A stretch of DNA of 64,000 bases from an uncultured delta proteobacterium (GTDB taxonomy: Bacteria; Desulfobacterota; Binatia; Binatales; Binataceae), in contig CAWEEQ010000004.1 of assembly GCA_963808235.1 (NCBI GenBank), positions 288,001 through 352,000 on the forward strand, written 5' to 3'. A model generated the notes under the pieces. It was given only the letters and a program-made list of their open reading frames with translations. It was not told where the DNA came from and searched no databases. Shown here piece after piece: positions 47,571 to 56,826 of the stretch (positions within the stretch are counted from its first letter, which is position 1; each line of letters begins with the position of its first letter). The position numbers and the translations under genes were made by a program.

Positions 47571-48596
47571 ATGTCCAGCCAAAGTTCCGATCCCTCGGCC
47601 AGCGCGCTCCTGGATTTGATCGCAGGGCATCGCGTTACAGCCGTCATCCACGTGGCTGCCAGGCTGGGCATCGCCGATCTCCTCCTCGAAGGTCCTAAGA
47701 CCGCCGTAGAGTTGTCGCGCTTGACCGACACCCACAATCGATCGCTGCTCCGGTTGATGCGCGCGTTGGTCGCACTGGCGATCTGCACGGAAGGCGCGGA
47801 CGGCAGCTTCAACCTCACGAAAGTGGGAACCTATCTGGCTGCCAAATCGGAGCGCTCTCTGAAGGCATGGGTGCTGCTGGAGGGCGAGATGCTGCAGCCC
47901 GGATGGACCGGGCTGATCGAGTCGATTCGCACCGGAAAGACAACAGGTGAGCTTGCAGGGCTTGGCCAGGAACAGTTTGAGGTAATCGCTAAGACTAAGA
48001 ACGCCGGATTGTTCAACGAAGCGATGGTCTCGATGACGCGGATGGAGGTTCCGGCGGTGCTAGCAGCTTACGACTTCTCGGGGATCTCGACGCTGATGGA
48101 TGTCGGCGGCGGACTGGGCCAGTTGATGAGCGCGATCTTGACGAAGTATCCAACCATGTGCGGCATGGTTTTCGATTTGCCCCACTGCGCGGACGGGGCG
48201 CGGAAGAACCTTTCTCACGCCGGTGTGATCGATCGATGCGAATTCATCGCAGGAAGTTTCTTCGAATCGGTGCCAACCGGTGCCGACGCAATCATCATGA
48301 AGAGCATAATCCACGACTGGAACGATGAACGCTGCGTGCGCATTCTTGAGAACTGCCATCGCGTGCTGACGCCCGGAGCGCGCTTGATGCTGATCGATCG
48401 AGTCATGCCTGAGAAGCTCGATCCTGGCGCCGGCGATCGCTTCGTCGTTTTGGACGATCTGAACATGTTGCGCGGACCCGGTGGATGCGAACGGACTCCG
48501 GGCGAGTTCCGCGCCCTACTGGCGCAAGGCGGCTTCACCATGCGACGGATAGTTCCCACTGGCCGCTACAGCGTGATCGAATCAGCCGCCGCGTGA
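47571..48596 (+). CDS. O-methyltransferase (methyltransf_2 with dimerisation domain)
   Basis: AARLGIAD, DVGGGLG, FDLP, GSFF, IIHDWND, GGCERT. GGAGG RBS. Confidence 0.92.
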   Translation: MSSQSSDPSASALLDLIAGHRVTAVIHVAARLGIADLLLEGPKTAVELSRLTDTHNRSLLRLMRALVALAICTEGADGSFNLTKVGTYLAAKSERSLKAWVLLEGEMLQPGWTGLIESIRTGKTTGELAGLGQEQFEVIAKTKNAGLFNEAMVSMTRMEVPAVLAAYDFSGISTLMDVGGGLGQLMSAILTKYPTMCGMVFDLPHCADGARKNLSHAGVIDRCEFIAGSFFESVPTGADAIIMKSIIHDWNDERCVRILENCHRVLTPGARLMLIDRVMPEKLDPGAGDRFVVLDDLNMLRGPGGCERTPGEFRALLAQGGFTMRRIVPTGRYSVIESAAA

Positions 48597-48679
48597 TCTC
48601 CATCGGTTTGAGAATCGCCGGACATTGGTGCTTAAATCGAATCGTCTCCGAACGTCGCTCAGCCAATAGAGGAACCCTC

Positions 48680-49858
48680 ATGGCATACGCACCCGCCAAC
48701 CGCCCGTTCTACGACGCCGACAGCCACATCATGGAGCTTCCGGATTTCCTGCAGAAGTTCGCCGATCCGGATCTGCGCAAAGACATCCCGGCGGTAAGCT
48801 ACAGCGCCTCGCTCGTCACCGATGAGGAAGTCGCGGAGATCATGGCGCGCGGTGGACGGCACAGCGACGAGCATCTGGCCGAGCTTCGTGGAATGGGCGA
48901 TCGTTTGATCGAACTCTCCAAAGAGATCCAGGCGCTGGGTGCATTCGACGGCCGCGAACGCAAGGATGCGCTCGACATGCTGGGCTTCAAGAAGCAGCTC
49001 GTGTTCGCGACTCACAGTGTCGCGATGCCGTTCTCAGCGAGCTCGAAAATCGAGCCGCGGCTGCGCTACGGCGCGACGCGCGCGCACAATCGTCACATCG
49101 CGGATTTCTGCTCCCACGACGATCGCCTGATGGGCGTCGCGATCGTGCCGCTCGACGAGCCCGAATTTGCGATGCAGGAGTTGGACTTCGCGCTCAAGAA
49201 CGATCTGGAGGCCATCTGGATTCCCCATCGCCCGTGCGGCGATAGATCGCCCGGACATATCGAGTTCGATCCCTTCTGGGCAAGGCTCGTCGAGGCGAAT
49301 ACCGCATTTGTTTTGCATGTAGGCGGTTCGCCGTTGCAGCTCGCCAAGGCGTGGACGAACAATGGCAGGCCGCCCGCGAAAGATTGGATGGGCGGAGGCG
49401 AGAACCTTCGCACCAAGGATGCCGCCGTGCTCCACGGAGGTCCGGAGACGTTCCTCTCGATGATGCTGATCGACGGCGTCTTCGAGCGCTTCCCGAAATT
49501 GCGCGGCGCCTGCGTCGAGTTGGGCGCCGGATGGGTACCCTCGATGCTGGTGCGCCTGGACTGGGTTGCGCGGATTTGGGGCAGAACCGACGCCAGCCTG
49601 GCCCGTTTCACACGCAAGCCCTCCCAGCAACTCACCCAGCAGATGGCGTTCACGCCGTTTGTCTTCGAGGACGTCGGCGCACTGATCGATCAGTCGAATC
49701 CCGATTTGTATCTTTTCTCGACCGACTATCCTCATACCGAAGGTGGCCGAAACCCGATCGCACGCTTCGAGACGACCCTCGGGAATCGTTCCGAGGCGAT
49801 TCGCGACCGTTTCTATTCGGAGAACTTTCTGCGGATATTCCCCGACGCCCGCTCTTAG
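48680..49858 (+). CDS. Amidohydrolase family 2 protein
   Basis: YDADSHIME, LHVG, ERFPKL, ELGAGW, FSTDYPHTEG. Confidence 0.9.
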   Translation: MAYAPANRPFYDADSHIMELPDFLQKFADPDLRKDIPAVSYSASLVTDEEVAEIMARGGRHSDEHLAELRGMGDRLIELSKEIQALGAFDGRERKDALDMLGFKKQLVFATHSVAMPFSASSKIEPRLRYGATRAHNRHIADFCSHDDRLMGVAIVPLDEPEFAMQELDFALKNDLEAIWIPHRPCGDRSPGHIEFDPFWARLVEANTAFVLHVGGSPLQLAKAWTNNGRPPAKDWMGGGENLRTKDAAVLHGGPETFLSMMLIDGVFERFPKLRGACVELGAGWVPSMLVRLDWVARIWGRTDASLARFTRKPSQQLTQQMAFTPFVFEDVGALIDQSNPDLYLFSTDYPHTEGGRNPIARFETTLGNRSEAIRDRFYSENFLRIFPDARS

Positions 49859-50100
49859 CCGCCCGCGGCGAAACGTCAACACATCCGCACGACCGGCAAA
49901 TTTTTCCGCCCTTGGTGTTACGTCGAAGCCGGAAACGTCAGGAGCCCAGTCGGGGGCAAAGAGTTTCGCAATGAATCCGCGCAAATTGTGACCGGCTAAT
50001 AACGTTAACTCTCGTTGACTTTGGCGTATTTCTTGCTACATCCATGACGTATTGTGCGGTCGGCAGCCCACGTTTCGGGAGAGGATAGTCGGTAACCCTC

Positions 50101-50799
50101 ATGAGCAATTTTGGCGATCAGACTCAAAGGCTTCTCCTGGTTGTTCGCAGCGGGAAATTCGCGGCGCTCGCCAATGAACTCGCCAAGCGGGTGTTTTCAA
50201 ATAGTGAATCGTATCTGCTCCGCCGCGATTTGAGCGTCCCGTTTCACGCTGTTCCGGCAAAACAGCCGATCGAAGTCAGGCCGATCACCGACGCCGACGT
50301 GCCCGAGATTCTCAAAGCTCGTCCGGGTCGCCTCGCAATCCTGCGTGCCAAAATCCCAACCTGCTATGTGGCCGTCACCGCGAGCGGCGAGCTTGCCTAC
50401 ATGCAATGGCTGGTCGCGCACGGTGATATCGAGCGATTCAAGCAGTTCTTCGATGGTGAATTGCGAGACCTGAACAAAGACGAAGTCCTACTTGAATTCG
50501 CCTACACCTTCGAGCGATTTCGTGGACAGAAAATAATGCCGGCGGCGATGGCCGCGATTGCTGAGAAGGGTTTGCTGACTGGCGCCCGCTATGCCGTTAC
50601 CTACGTACAGAAGACCAATGTTGCGGCCCTGAAGGGATGCGCTGCGGCTGGCTTCTCTCCCTACATGACCCGCGAAGAAAAATGGAGGGCCTTCTCGTTC
50701 AAGGAGTCCTTCAAGAGTCTCCCCGACGGCGCGCGTTATCCGTTCGAGAAAGCGGACCCGCAACCGGCCGATGGAATCGGAGTGCCGTCGAAGACCTGA
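50101..50799 (+). CDS. Hypothetical GNAT-like protein
   Basis: AYTFERFRGQKIM (motif A-like), NVAALKG..AAGF. Confidence 0.6.
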   Translation: MSNFGDQTQRLLLVVRSGKFAALANELAKRVFSNSESYLLRRDLSVPFHAVPAKQPIEVRPITDADVPEILKARPGRLAILRAKIPTCYVAVTASGELAYMQWLVAHGDIERFKQFFDGELRDLNKDEVLLEFAYTFERFRGQKIMPAAMAAIAEKGLLTGARYAVTYVQKTNVAALKGCAAAGFSPYMTREEKWRAFSFKESFKSLPDGARYPFEKADPQPADGIGVPSKT

Positions 50800-50831
50800 G
50801 CGCAACGGCATTTGCGCCGGCGTTGGTAAGA

Positions 50832-51971
50832 CTACGAAAGATACTCGCCCAGCACGTCGACGCTCTCCTTCGCCAGCAGTTTGAGTTTGGCAACCGGCTC
50901 ACCATCCATTGACGGACGCGGCTGCTTCCAGACCTCGTCGACAGCGCCAATGATCGCGCCGGTATTCAGATCGCGCCAATCAAACACACGATCGCCAAAG
51001 CCCGCGCGCTGCATGTGATCCAGCATCCTGGTTTCGTATGCGATCGCGACTATCGGAGTTCCGGCGGCGGTCGCCGAAACCGCCGAGCCCAGCCGGCACG
51101 CGAGCATCAGATTGCAATGCGCCACCATGCCGTTCACTTCGCGCGCCGAATAGCGCCGGCTCAGAAGCTTCACGCGGCCGGGCTGGTGCGCATAGCGCCT
51201 GACGCTCGCGAACGTCGTCAAGTCTTCCTGGTAGGTCGGATGCATCGGGATCACGGCCACTTGGGCCAGCTTTTCCAGATGCGCGACTACCCGGGCCAGG
51301 GCCTCGTTCGACTTAACGGCGATCTGGTCGTCGTAGTAGTGAGTCCGCCTGACCCACGCCGGCATCTCGGAATGGACATAGCGGGTGCTGAGTCCGATCA
51401 GCGGTTCATGCGGATCGATTCCTTCGTTCTCCAAAAGGCGATCGACTTCGCCCGGAGAACATGGCTCCAAAGTCAGGCGCGAATCCGCGAACACCCTGAT
51501 CGGTCGCGTGACGCCAAGTCGCGCGAGGACTTCCGCCGCGACCGGCTCTCTCACGCAGATGCGATCCATCTGAGCGAAGATGTTTTTGAAAACGAGCTCG
51601 CCCCATCGAGTCGTATAAGGAAAAACTGAAACCTGCCAGGCGATCATCGGGCGTCGATAAGCCTTGGCCATCGCGACCAGCGTCGCGCAGATCAAGGCCT
51701 GCTTCGGGCTCTCGAAGAAGATCCCGCCGAAGATCAAAAACAAGTCGGCCTTCTTCATCGCCTCCGCTACACGGCCAGGATGCGATTGGGTTACGACTTC
51801 TACCTCCAGGCCCTCCTTCGCGAGTACCTCGACAAGCTGCTGTCCGTATTGTGAAAAGAACGTGAGCCGGGCTGAAGGCGACAGTTTTCTTAATAGGCCG
51901 GTGATGGCGACGACCTGCGCTTCGTCATCGACCTTGTTCAGTGAAGCTCCCCAAATGCATATTCGACTCAT
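50832..51971 (-). CDS. Polysaccharide pyruvyl transferase family protein (divergent)
   Basis: NKVDDEA, FGGIF, ICVRE, AD, CRLGS, AIAY; these align with the family's N.GD, GGG, VRD and RLH motifs but are substituted. Confidence 0.78.
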   Translation of the reverse strand: MSRICIWGASLNKVDDEAQVVAITGLLRKLSPSARLTFFSQYGQQLVEVLAKEGLEVEVVTQSHPGRVAEAMKKADLFLIFGGIFFESPKQALICATLVAMAKAYRRPMIAWQVSVFPYTTRWGELVFKNIFAQMDRICVREPVAAEVLARLGVTRPIRVFADSRLTLEPCSPGEVDRLLENEGIDPHEPLIGLSTRYVHSEMPAWVRRTHYYDDQIAVKSNEALARVVAHLEKLAQVAVIPMHPTYQEDLTTFASVRRYAHQPGRVKLLSRRYSAREVNGMVAHCNLMLACRLGSAVSATAAGTPIVAIAYETRMLDHMQRAGFGDRVFDWRDLNTGAIIGAVDEVWKQPRPSMDGEPVAKLKLLAKESVDVLGEYLS

Positions 51972-53116
51972 GCCAACTTGCTAATGCTCTCTTCAGTGTA
52001 ATGCCTATAGACTCTGATGTGTTCGCGGAGCGCTCGCGAATGCTCATGCCTGCTACTCTTCATATACTCATAAGCCGCGCGGCCCTTGTCGATTGGCGAC
52101 CCCGCCATCAGGGCGAGCAATGCCGATTCGAAATCATCGTCGCGCACCGGCTGGCCGAAACGGCTGACCAATTGCTCAGCATCGACGGCGCTCAGCAGCG
52201 CGCAGCCGTGAGCTGATGCTTCGAGAAATGTCAGCGGCAAGCTTTCGCGAGCCGCAGTGTTGACCAGCGCCCACGCTCCGGAGAGAGTCTTGTTGAATCG
52301 TTCGGGATCCTCGAACTGGTTCAGCACCCCAGGCATCTCAAGATTTGGCAGGTTCTCATAACGACGCCGGAGCCTCGCGCCGTATCCGGATTCTCCCAGC
52401 GCGCTGCTCTCACCGGCGGCGATGAATCGATACTGCGGAAATTGTTTGGCGAGGTCCAGAAAAAGCCAGGGCCGTTTGCGCTTGTCCCATCGCGCGACGA
52501 ATAGAAAGGTTGGAATTTCGTTCTTGCGCGGGAGCGCTTTCGGCACCGAGATCAGGTTGGGCAAAATTCCGGGCAATTCGCGTAACCTGAATATGTGGCG
52601 GACCTTTTCGCGGATAAATTCCGCGGTGCAAAAAACCCCGTCAGCATCGCGCACCGCTTGCCGAACCAGGAAGCTCGCCTCACTCGCGTAGTTGAGTGCG
52701 AGCAGCAAGCGGCGGCGGACAGTCGCGTATCGAAATTCAATGAGCCAATCCCGCCGGTAGTGTGGATCGCGGCAGGTCACGAGATGGATGCAGTCGGGGC
52801 GCAGCTTTTGCGCCAGGTAGGTGAGCAGGCTCGGATTCTGTGAATGGAAAATGCGCGCCTCGCTCGCTTTGATGAGCCGGCATGCCTCGCCGACATTCAG
52901 CCCGCCGTAACTATAGAGCGGCACGCCCCCGATTCGCTCGAGCGGACGTTGTCCGCGCCGTCGTTGCGTGATCACCGTTACGGGAAAGTTATCCGCGGCC
53001 AGGCTTTGCGCAAGCCGACGCGGCATGCTCCCGAAGCCACTGTACGCGCCCCATCCGAAATACTGGCTGGCCAGTATGCAAATCGACGGTGTTACAGTAC
53101 CGATGTCACGGCTCAC
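51968..53116 (-). CDS. Glycosyltransferase family 4 protein
   Basis: FVARWDKRKRP, NTAARESLPLTFLEA (Ex7E). GTGA overlap with the radical SAM gene. Confidence 0.88.
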   Translation of the reverse strand: MSRDIGTVTPSICILASQYFGWGAYSGFGSMPRRLAQSLAADNFPVTVITQRRRGQRPLERIGGVPLYSYGGLNVGEACRLIKASEARIFHSQNPSLLTYLAQKLRPDCIHLVTCRDPHYRRDWLIEFRYATVRRRLLLALNYASEASFLVRQAVRDADGVFCTAEFIREKVRHIFRLRELPGILPNLISVPKALPRKNEIPTFLFVARWDKRKRPWLFLDLAKQFPQYRFIAAGESSALGESGYGARLRRRYENLPNLEMPGVLNQFEDPERFNKTLSGAWALVNTAARESLPLTFLEASAHGCALLSAVDAEQLVSRFGQPVRDDDFESALLALMAGSPIDKGRAAYEYMKSSRHEHSRALREHIRVYRHYTEESISKLA

Positions 53117-54885
53117 GAAGCAGCCAGCGATTGTTTCGCATCCAGATCGTGAGACTGCGCACGATCTTCTTCGGCGCCGCCAATCGCGAGGTCGGTATAG
53201 TGCCGCGTGGCGGGATCCTTTTTCAGGCGATGACGCAATCGGGTCAGCTTCCACAGGAACATCAGCGCCGGAACATATGTTGTTACGATCTCCCGGGCAC
53301 GGCGCGGATAGAAGAGCAGGGCCGCCTCGCGCTTCATCCCGGGGCGGCGCTGGCTGCGGCGCTTGCGCCGGAAAACTCCACTTTGCAACGGATGCACCTT
53401 TTCAAAGACCTGGCTGGTATAGAAGGTGAAGATCATCGAGGTCAGGCGCGCGGGACTGATTCCATTGGCGATCGCCCGCTTGATCAACGTCTCGATATGT
53501 TCCGGCGAATAGTACAGCCGCCACACATCCTCATATGCAGACTGCCACTGCGCCCGGGTCATCAACGCGTGGCCGGTCGTGACATGTTCGGTGTCGAATC
53601 GATTCATGTCGGAATCCATCTCGACGCCGTTGAGGTACAGATCGCGATGATCGCGAGAGCCGGGCAAAGGCGTCAAAACGAAAAATTCCAGAATGTCGAC
53701 GGGTAGTTCGCGCTGAATGGTTTCGATGTCGCGCGCGAGGCTTTCAGGCGTATCGTTTGGAAACCCGATTATGTAACCGGCGTACGTCATCACTCCGACT
53801 TCGCGCCATGCCCGCAGCATCGTGCGGTATTCGGAAAATTTATTCTGCCGCTTCGCCGCCGACTTGAGGTTCTCCGCGTTGACACTCTCGAGTCCGATGA
53901 AAACGCGTTTGCATCCCGCCCGCGCCGCCTTCTGGATGAAGCGCGGAATCTTATGACACTGAGTGTCGACCTGGATCGTCAGATGTATTTTGTAGCCTTC
54001 GTTTTCGCGCAGTTCGATGATGCGATCGAGGATCGGCTCCCAGTTTTTGTTACGGACAAAATCGTCGTCGGTGATGAAATAGGTTCTCACCCGTCCGCGT
54101 GGATGCGCCCGGATCAGATTCTCAACGTCAGCGGCGCTCCGATAGCGCGACTTGCGCCCCTGCACGTTGATGATCGTGCAGAAACTGCAGTTGAACGGGC
54201 ATCCGCGACCGGCGTCGAAGCAACTGATATTTCCGAGATTGCGCGCGAGGTGATGCGACTCGAGATAAGGCAGCGGCTGCCCTTCCAGACCGGGAAGATC
54301 CTGCACAAAATTGTACAGCGGCTTGAGCTTGCGCGCGTACGCGTCGCGCAGCAGCTCGTCCATCCGGTTTTCCGCTTCCCCGGCGAACAAACTGATTCCG
54401 AGCGCGCTCGCCTCCTTCAACTCCGGCGGCATCTCGGGGAGCATCGAAATGCATCCGCTGACATGGAACCCGCCAATCACCACTTGAATGCCGTGACGCC
54501 GCATCATTGCGCCAATGTCGACCGCGCGCGGGAACTGATTGCTCTGCACACCGACCAGGCAGACCAGGCCGCTGAGTCCGTTGCGGCGAAATCGCCGGAT
54601 AAGACTCCTGAGCGGCAGGACGGTGTTGATCTCGTCGTAGACCTCGAGCTCGAGATCGACTCCCGGACCGAGGACCTGGCGTTGCCGCGCGTCAAGCGCG
54701 AGTCCGTAAAGAGCGGCGGGCGAGTTCGCCGGAATCCAGCCGCGCCACCATTGAATGACGTAACCGTCGTCGTCGTAGTGCGAAGGCTTGATCATCGCGA
54801 CCAGGAATTTCTCGGCGCGAGCCGGCCTGGATGCCGGCGCAGTTCGCTCGCCCGGCGGATTTGAGATCTGGTCCGGAATTTCCAT
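53113..54885 (-). CDS. Cobalamin-binding-domain radical SAM protein
   Basis: GRGCPFNCSFC, VVIGGFH, GEAE, DDDF, FIGLES, YIIGFP, LTPLPGS. Confidence 0.9.
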   Translation of the reverse strand: MEIPDQISNPPGERTAPASRPARAEKFLVAMIKPSHYDDDGYVIQWWRGWIPANSPAALYGLALDARQRQVLGPGVDLELEVYDEINTVLPLRSLIRRFRRNGLSGLVCLVGVQSNQFPRAVDIGAMMRRHGIQVVIGGFHVSGCISMLPEMPPELKEASALGISLFAGEAENRMDELLRDAYARKLKPLYNFVQDLPGLEGQPLPYLESHHLARNLGNISCFDAGRGCPFNCSFCTIINVQGRKSRYRSAADVENLIRAHPRGRVRTYFITDDDFVRNKNWEPILDRIIELRENEGYKIHLTIQVDTQCHKIPRFIQKAARAGCKRVFIGLESVNAENLKSAAKRQNKFSEYRTMLRAWREVGVMTYAGYIIGFPNDTPESLARDIETIQRELPVDILEFFVLTPLPGSRDHRDLYLNGVEMDSDMNRFDTEHVTTGHALMTRAQWQSAYEDVWRLYYSPEHIETLIKRAIANGISPARLTSMIFTFYTSQVFEKVHPLQSGVFRRKRRSQRRPGMKREAALLFYPRRAREIVTTYVPALMFLWKLTRLRHRLKKDPATRHYTDLAIGGAEEDRAQSHDLDAKQSLAAS

Positions 54886-55008
54886 TTTTGAATCGTGATT
54901 CAGCGTCCGAGCGCTGTTACGCTTTTCCCCACCCGTGACACTCTACGTGACGCGCACGCGAAACGCAGCATCAAGGCGGGCTGGCCGAAGTCGCGCGCGC
55001 CGGACCGG

Positions 55009-55437
55009 CTATCGGGTCTTGAGGCTGAGCTGGACGCGCTGGGCGTTGAGCTCCAGCACGTAACCGTCAGGATCGGTCATGTAGGCGTGTCGCTCGCGGA
55101 TTCCATTGTATTCGTACTCTTCGCGCTTCAGCAGCTTGCCGCCCAGCTGTTCGATCTCCGCGATCGCGTCGTCGACGTCTTCATCGCGCTGAAGATTGAA
55201 ACCAAAATGGCTCAAGCCTCCCGGTCCGATCGGCGCTCCATCGACTTGCGATAGCGAAAATACATCGACGGCGCCCGGCGTGGTCATTATGACTTGGCGC
55301 CCATCAGGATGAGGCCCCATCGGGCCGCGATAATCGGTCAGAACCTCCAATCCGAACGCCTCTCGGTAGAAGCGCACCGAGCGCTCGATGTCCGACACGT
55401 TCAGGTTAATGTGCGTCAAGCCTCGAGTCTTGATCAT
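55009..55437 (-). CDS. VOC/glyoxalase family protein
   Basis: LTHINLNVSD.ERS..FY, HFGF, DPDGYVLE. Confidence 0.9.
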   Translation of the reverse strand: MIKTRGLTHINLNVSDIERSVRFYREAFGLEVLTDYRGPMGPHPDGRQVIMTTPGAVDVFSLSQVDGAPIGPGGLSHFGFNLQRDEDVDDAIAEIEQLGGKLLKREEYEYNGIRERHAYMTDPDGYVLELNAQRVQLSLKTR

Positions 55438-55488
55438 AAATCATCCTGTTGAAGAACAGTTGGCTCCGGAGCGCGCCAGGATTTCATC

Positions 55489-56040
55489 TCAGACCATCCG
55501 CAACGCGAACCATCCGACCGCGCCGCCGGCCAGGATCAGCAGCGCCATGTTGACGTGGCGGATGAGCAGGATCCCGGTCACTGCCGCTGTGATCGAAATC
55601 GTGATCAGGTTGTGACGCATCGAATGGTCCAGGTTAATCGTCGCGGTCCGCCCGATTGCATACACGCCTGACGCCATCAGCCCGATCGTGATCGGCGCCA
55701 TCCCGCGCTGCACCGCGTCGCGCCACGGCGACCCCTCGAAGTGGTCCCACACCTTGCCGACCGCGAACACCAGCGTGCACGACGGCAGGTAGAAAGCCAG
55801 CAACACCAGGATCGCTCCCGCCACTCCCGAGACGTGATAGCCAATTACCGTCACCATGTTCATGTTGGGCCCCGGCGCCAGTTGTCCGAGACTGTAGATG
55901 TCGATGAATTGATCCGCGCTTAGCCATTTATGTACCGCGACGGTCTCATGCTTCATCTGCGGAAGCACGGCGGTTCCGCCGCCGACTGCGAGAAGCGACA
56001 ACAACGCGAACACGTTCACCAGGGTGACCAGCTTGTTCAT
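55489..56040 (-). CDS. Short-chain chromate transporter (CHR) subunit
   Basis: AVGGG, WLSADQF, GQLAPGPN. ATGA overlap. Confidence 0.9.
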   Translation of the reverse strand: MNKLVTLVNVFALLSLLAVGGGTAVLPQMKHETVAVHKWLSADQFIDIYSLGQLAPGPNMNMVTVIGYHVSGVAGAILVLLAFYLPSCTLVFAVGKVWDHFEGSPWRDAVQRGMAPITIGLMASGVYAIGRTATINLDHSMRHNLITISITAAVTGILLIRHVNMALLILAGGAVGWFALRMV

Positions 56041-56729
56041 GACGATGACTCCGTGGATACATCCGCGCCGTGACGAGCGGCGACTTCTTCGTGATGCTCG
56101 GCCAGTTGCGCGTGATAAGTGGCTTGCTGCGCATGGTACGCGGCGAGTTCCTTCGCTTGCGGCCGGTTGAACTGGATCGCGATTGGTACCAGCACCGCCA
56201 GCACCGGCACCAGCGAGATATGAAAAATTCCGACCACTACGAACGCAGGGACAAGAATGATCCAGTCCTGCCACTTCTTGATCTCGCGCGCCCCCATTTG
56301 CAGCGTCACCGCCAGGATCAGTCCGACCGCCGCCGCGCCCACGCCGCTCAGCACCGCGCCCACCTCGGGATTGTTTTTGAACCTCGCGTACAGCAACCCG
56401 AGGATGAATACGAAGATCGCGCCCGGCAAAGTCATCCCGACCGCCGCCGCAATAGCTCCCACCACTCCGCGCAAACGGCTGCCGACGATCACGGCGACGT
56501 TGGTTGAGATCAGGCCCGGCACGGTCTGCCCGATCTCGAGCGACGCCAGGAAGTGATCTTCGTCGAGCCACCCTTGACGGTCGACCATATGCTCGCGCAG
56601 GTACGCGATCACACCCCCGCCGAAACTGGTCGCACCTATATAAGAGAAAACCAGGAACAACTTCGCCAGGCTGACCTTAGCGGCGCCGGCAGGCGCATCT
56701 TTCATAGCGGTCTCTGTTTTCTCCGGCAT
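56037..56729 (-). CDS. Short-chain chromate transporter (CHR) subunit with His-rich tail
   Basis: IGATSFGGG, WLDEDHF, GQTVPG, GSRLRG..GA. Confidence 0.9.
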   Translation of the reverse strand: MPEKTETAMKDAPAGAAKVSLAKLFLVFSYIGATSFGGGVIAYLREHMVDRQGWLDEDHFLASLEIGQTVPGLISTNVAVIVGSRLRGVVGAIAAAVGMTLPGAIFVFILGLLYARFKNNPEVGAVLSGVGAAAVGLILAVTLQMGAREIKKWQDWIILVPAFVVVGIFHISLVPVLAVLVPIAIQFNRPQAKELAAYHAQQATYHAQLAEHHEEVAARHGADVSTESSS

Positions 56730-56763
56730 GATAAATTGGCACGCTATCCTAACTTTGCGGCGC

Positions 56764-56804
56764 AAAAAAGAAAGCGGGACGGCCCGCATGGGGACGTCCC
56801 GCTT
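56764..56804 (-). terminator. Intrinsic terminator of the DUF1329 gene
   Basis: AAGCGGGACG...CGTCCCGCTT stem followed on the minus strand by TCTTTTTT. Confidence 0.8.
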
Positions 56805-56826
56805 ATCTTGAAACCGAACGAGTTAT

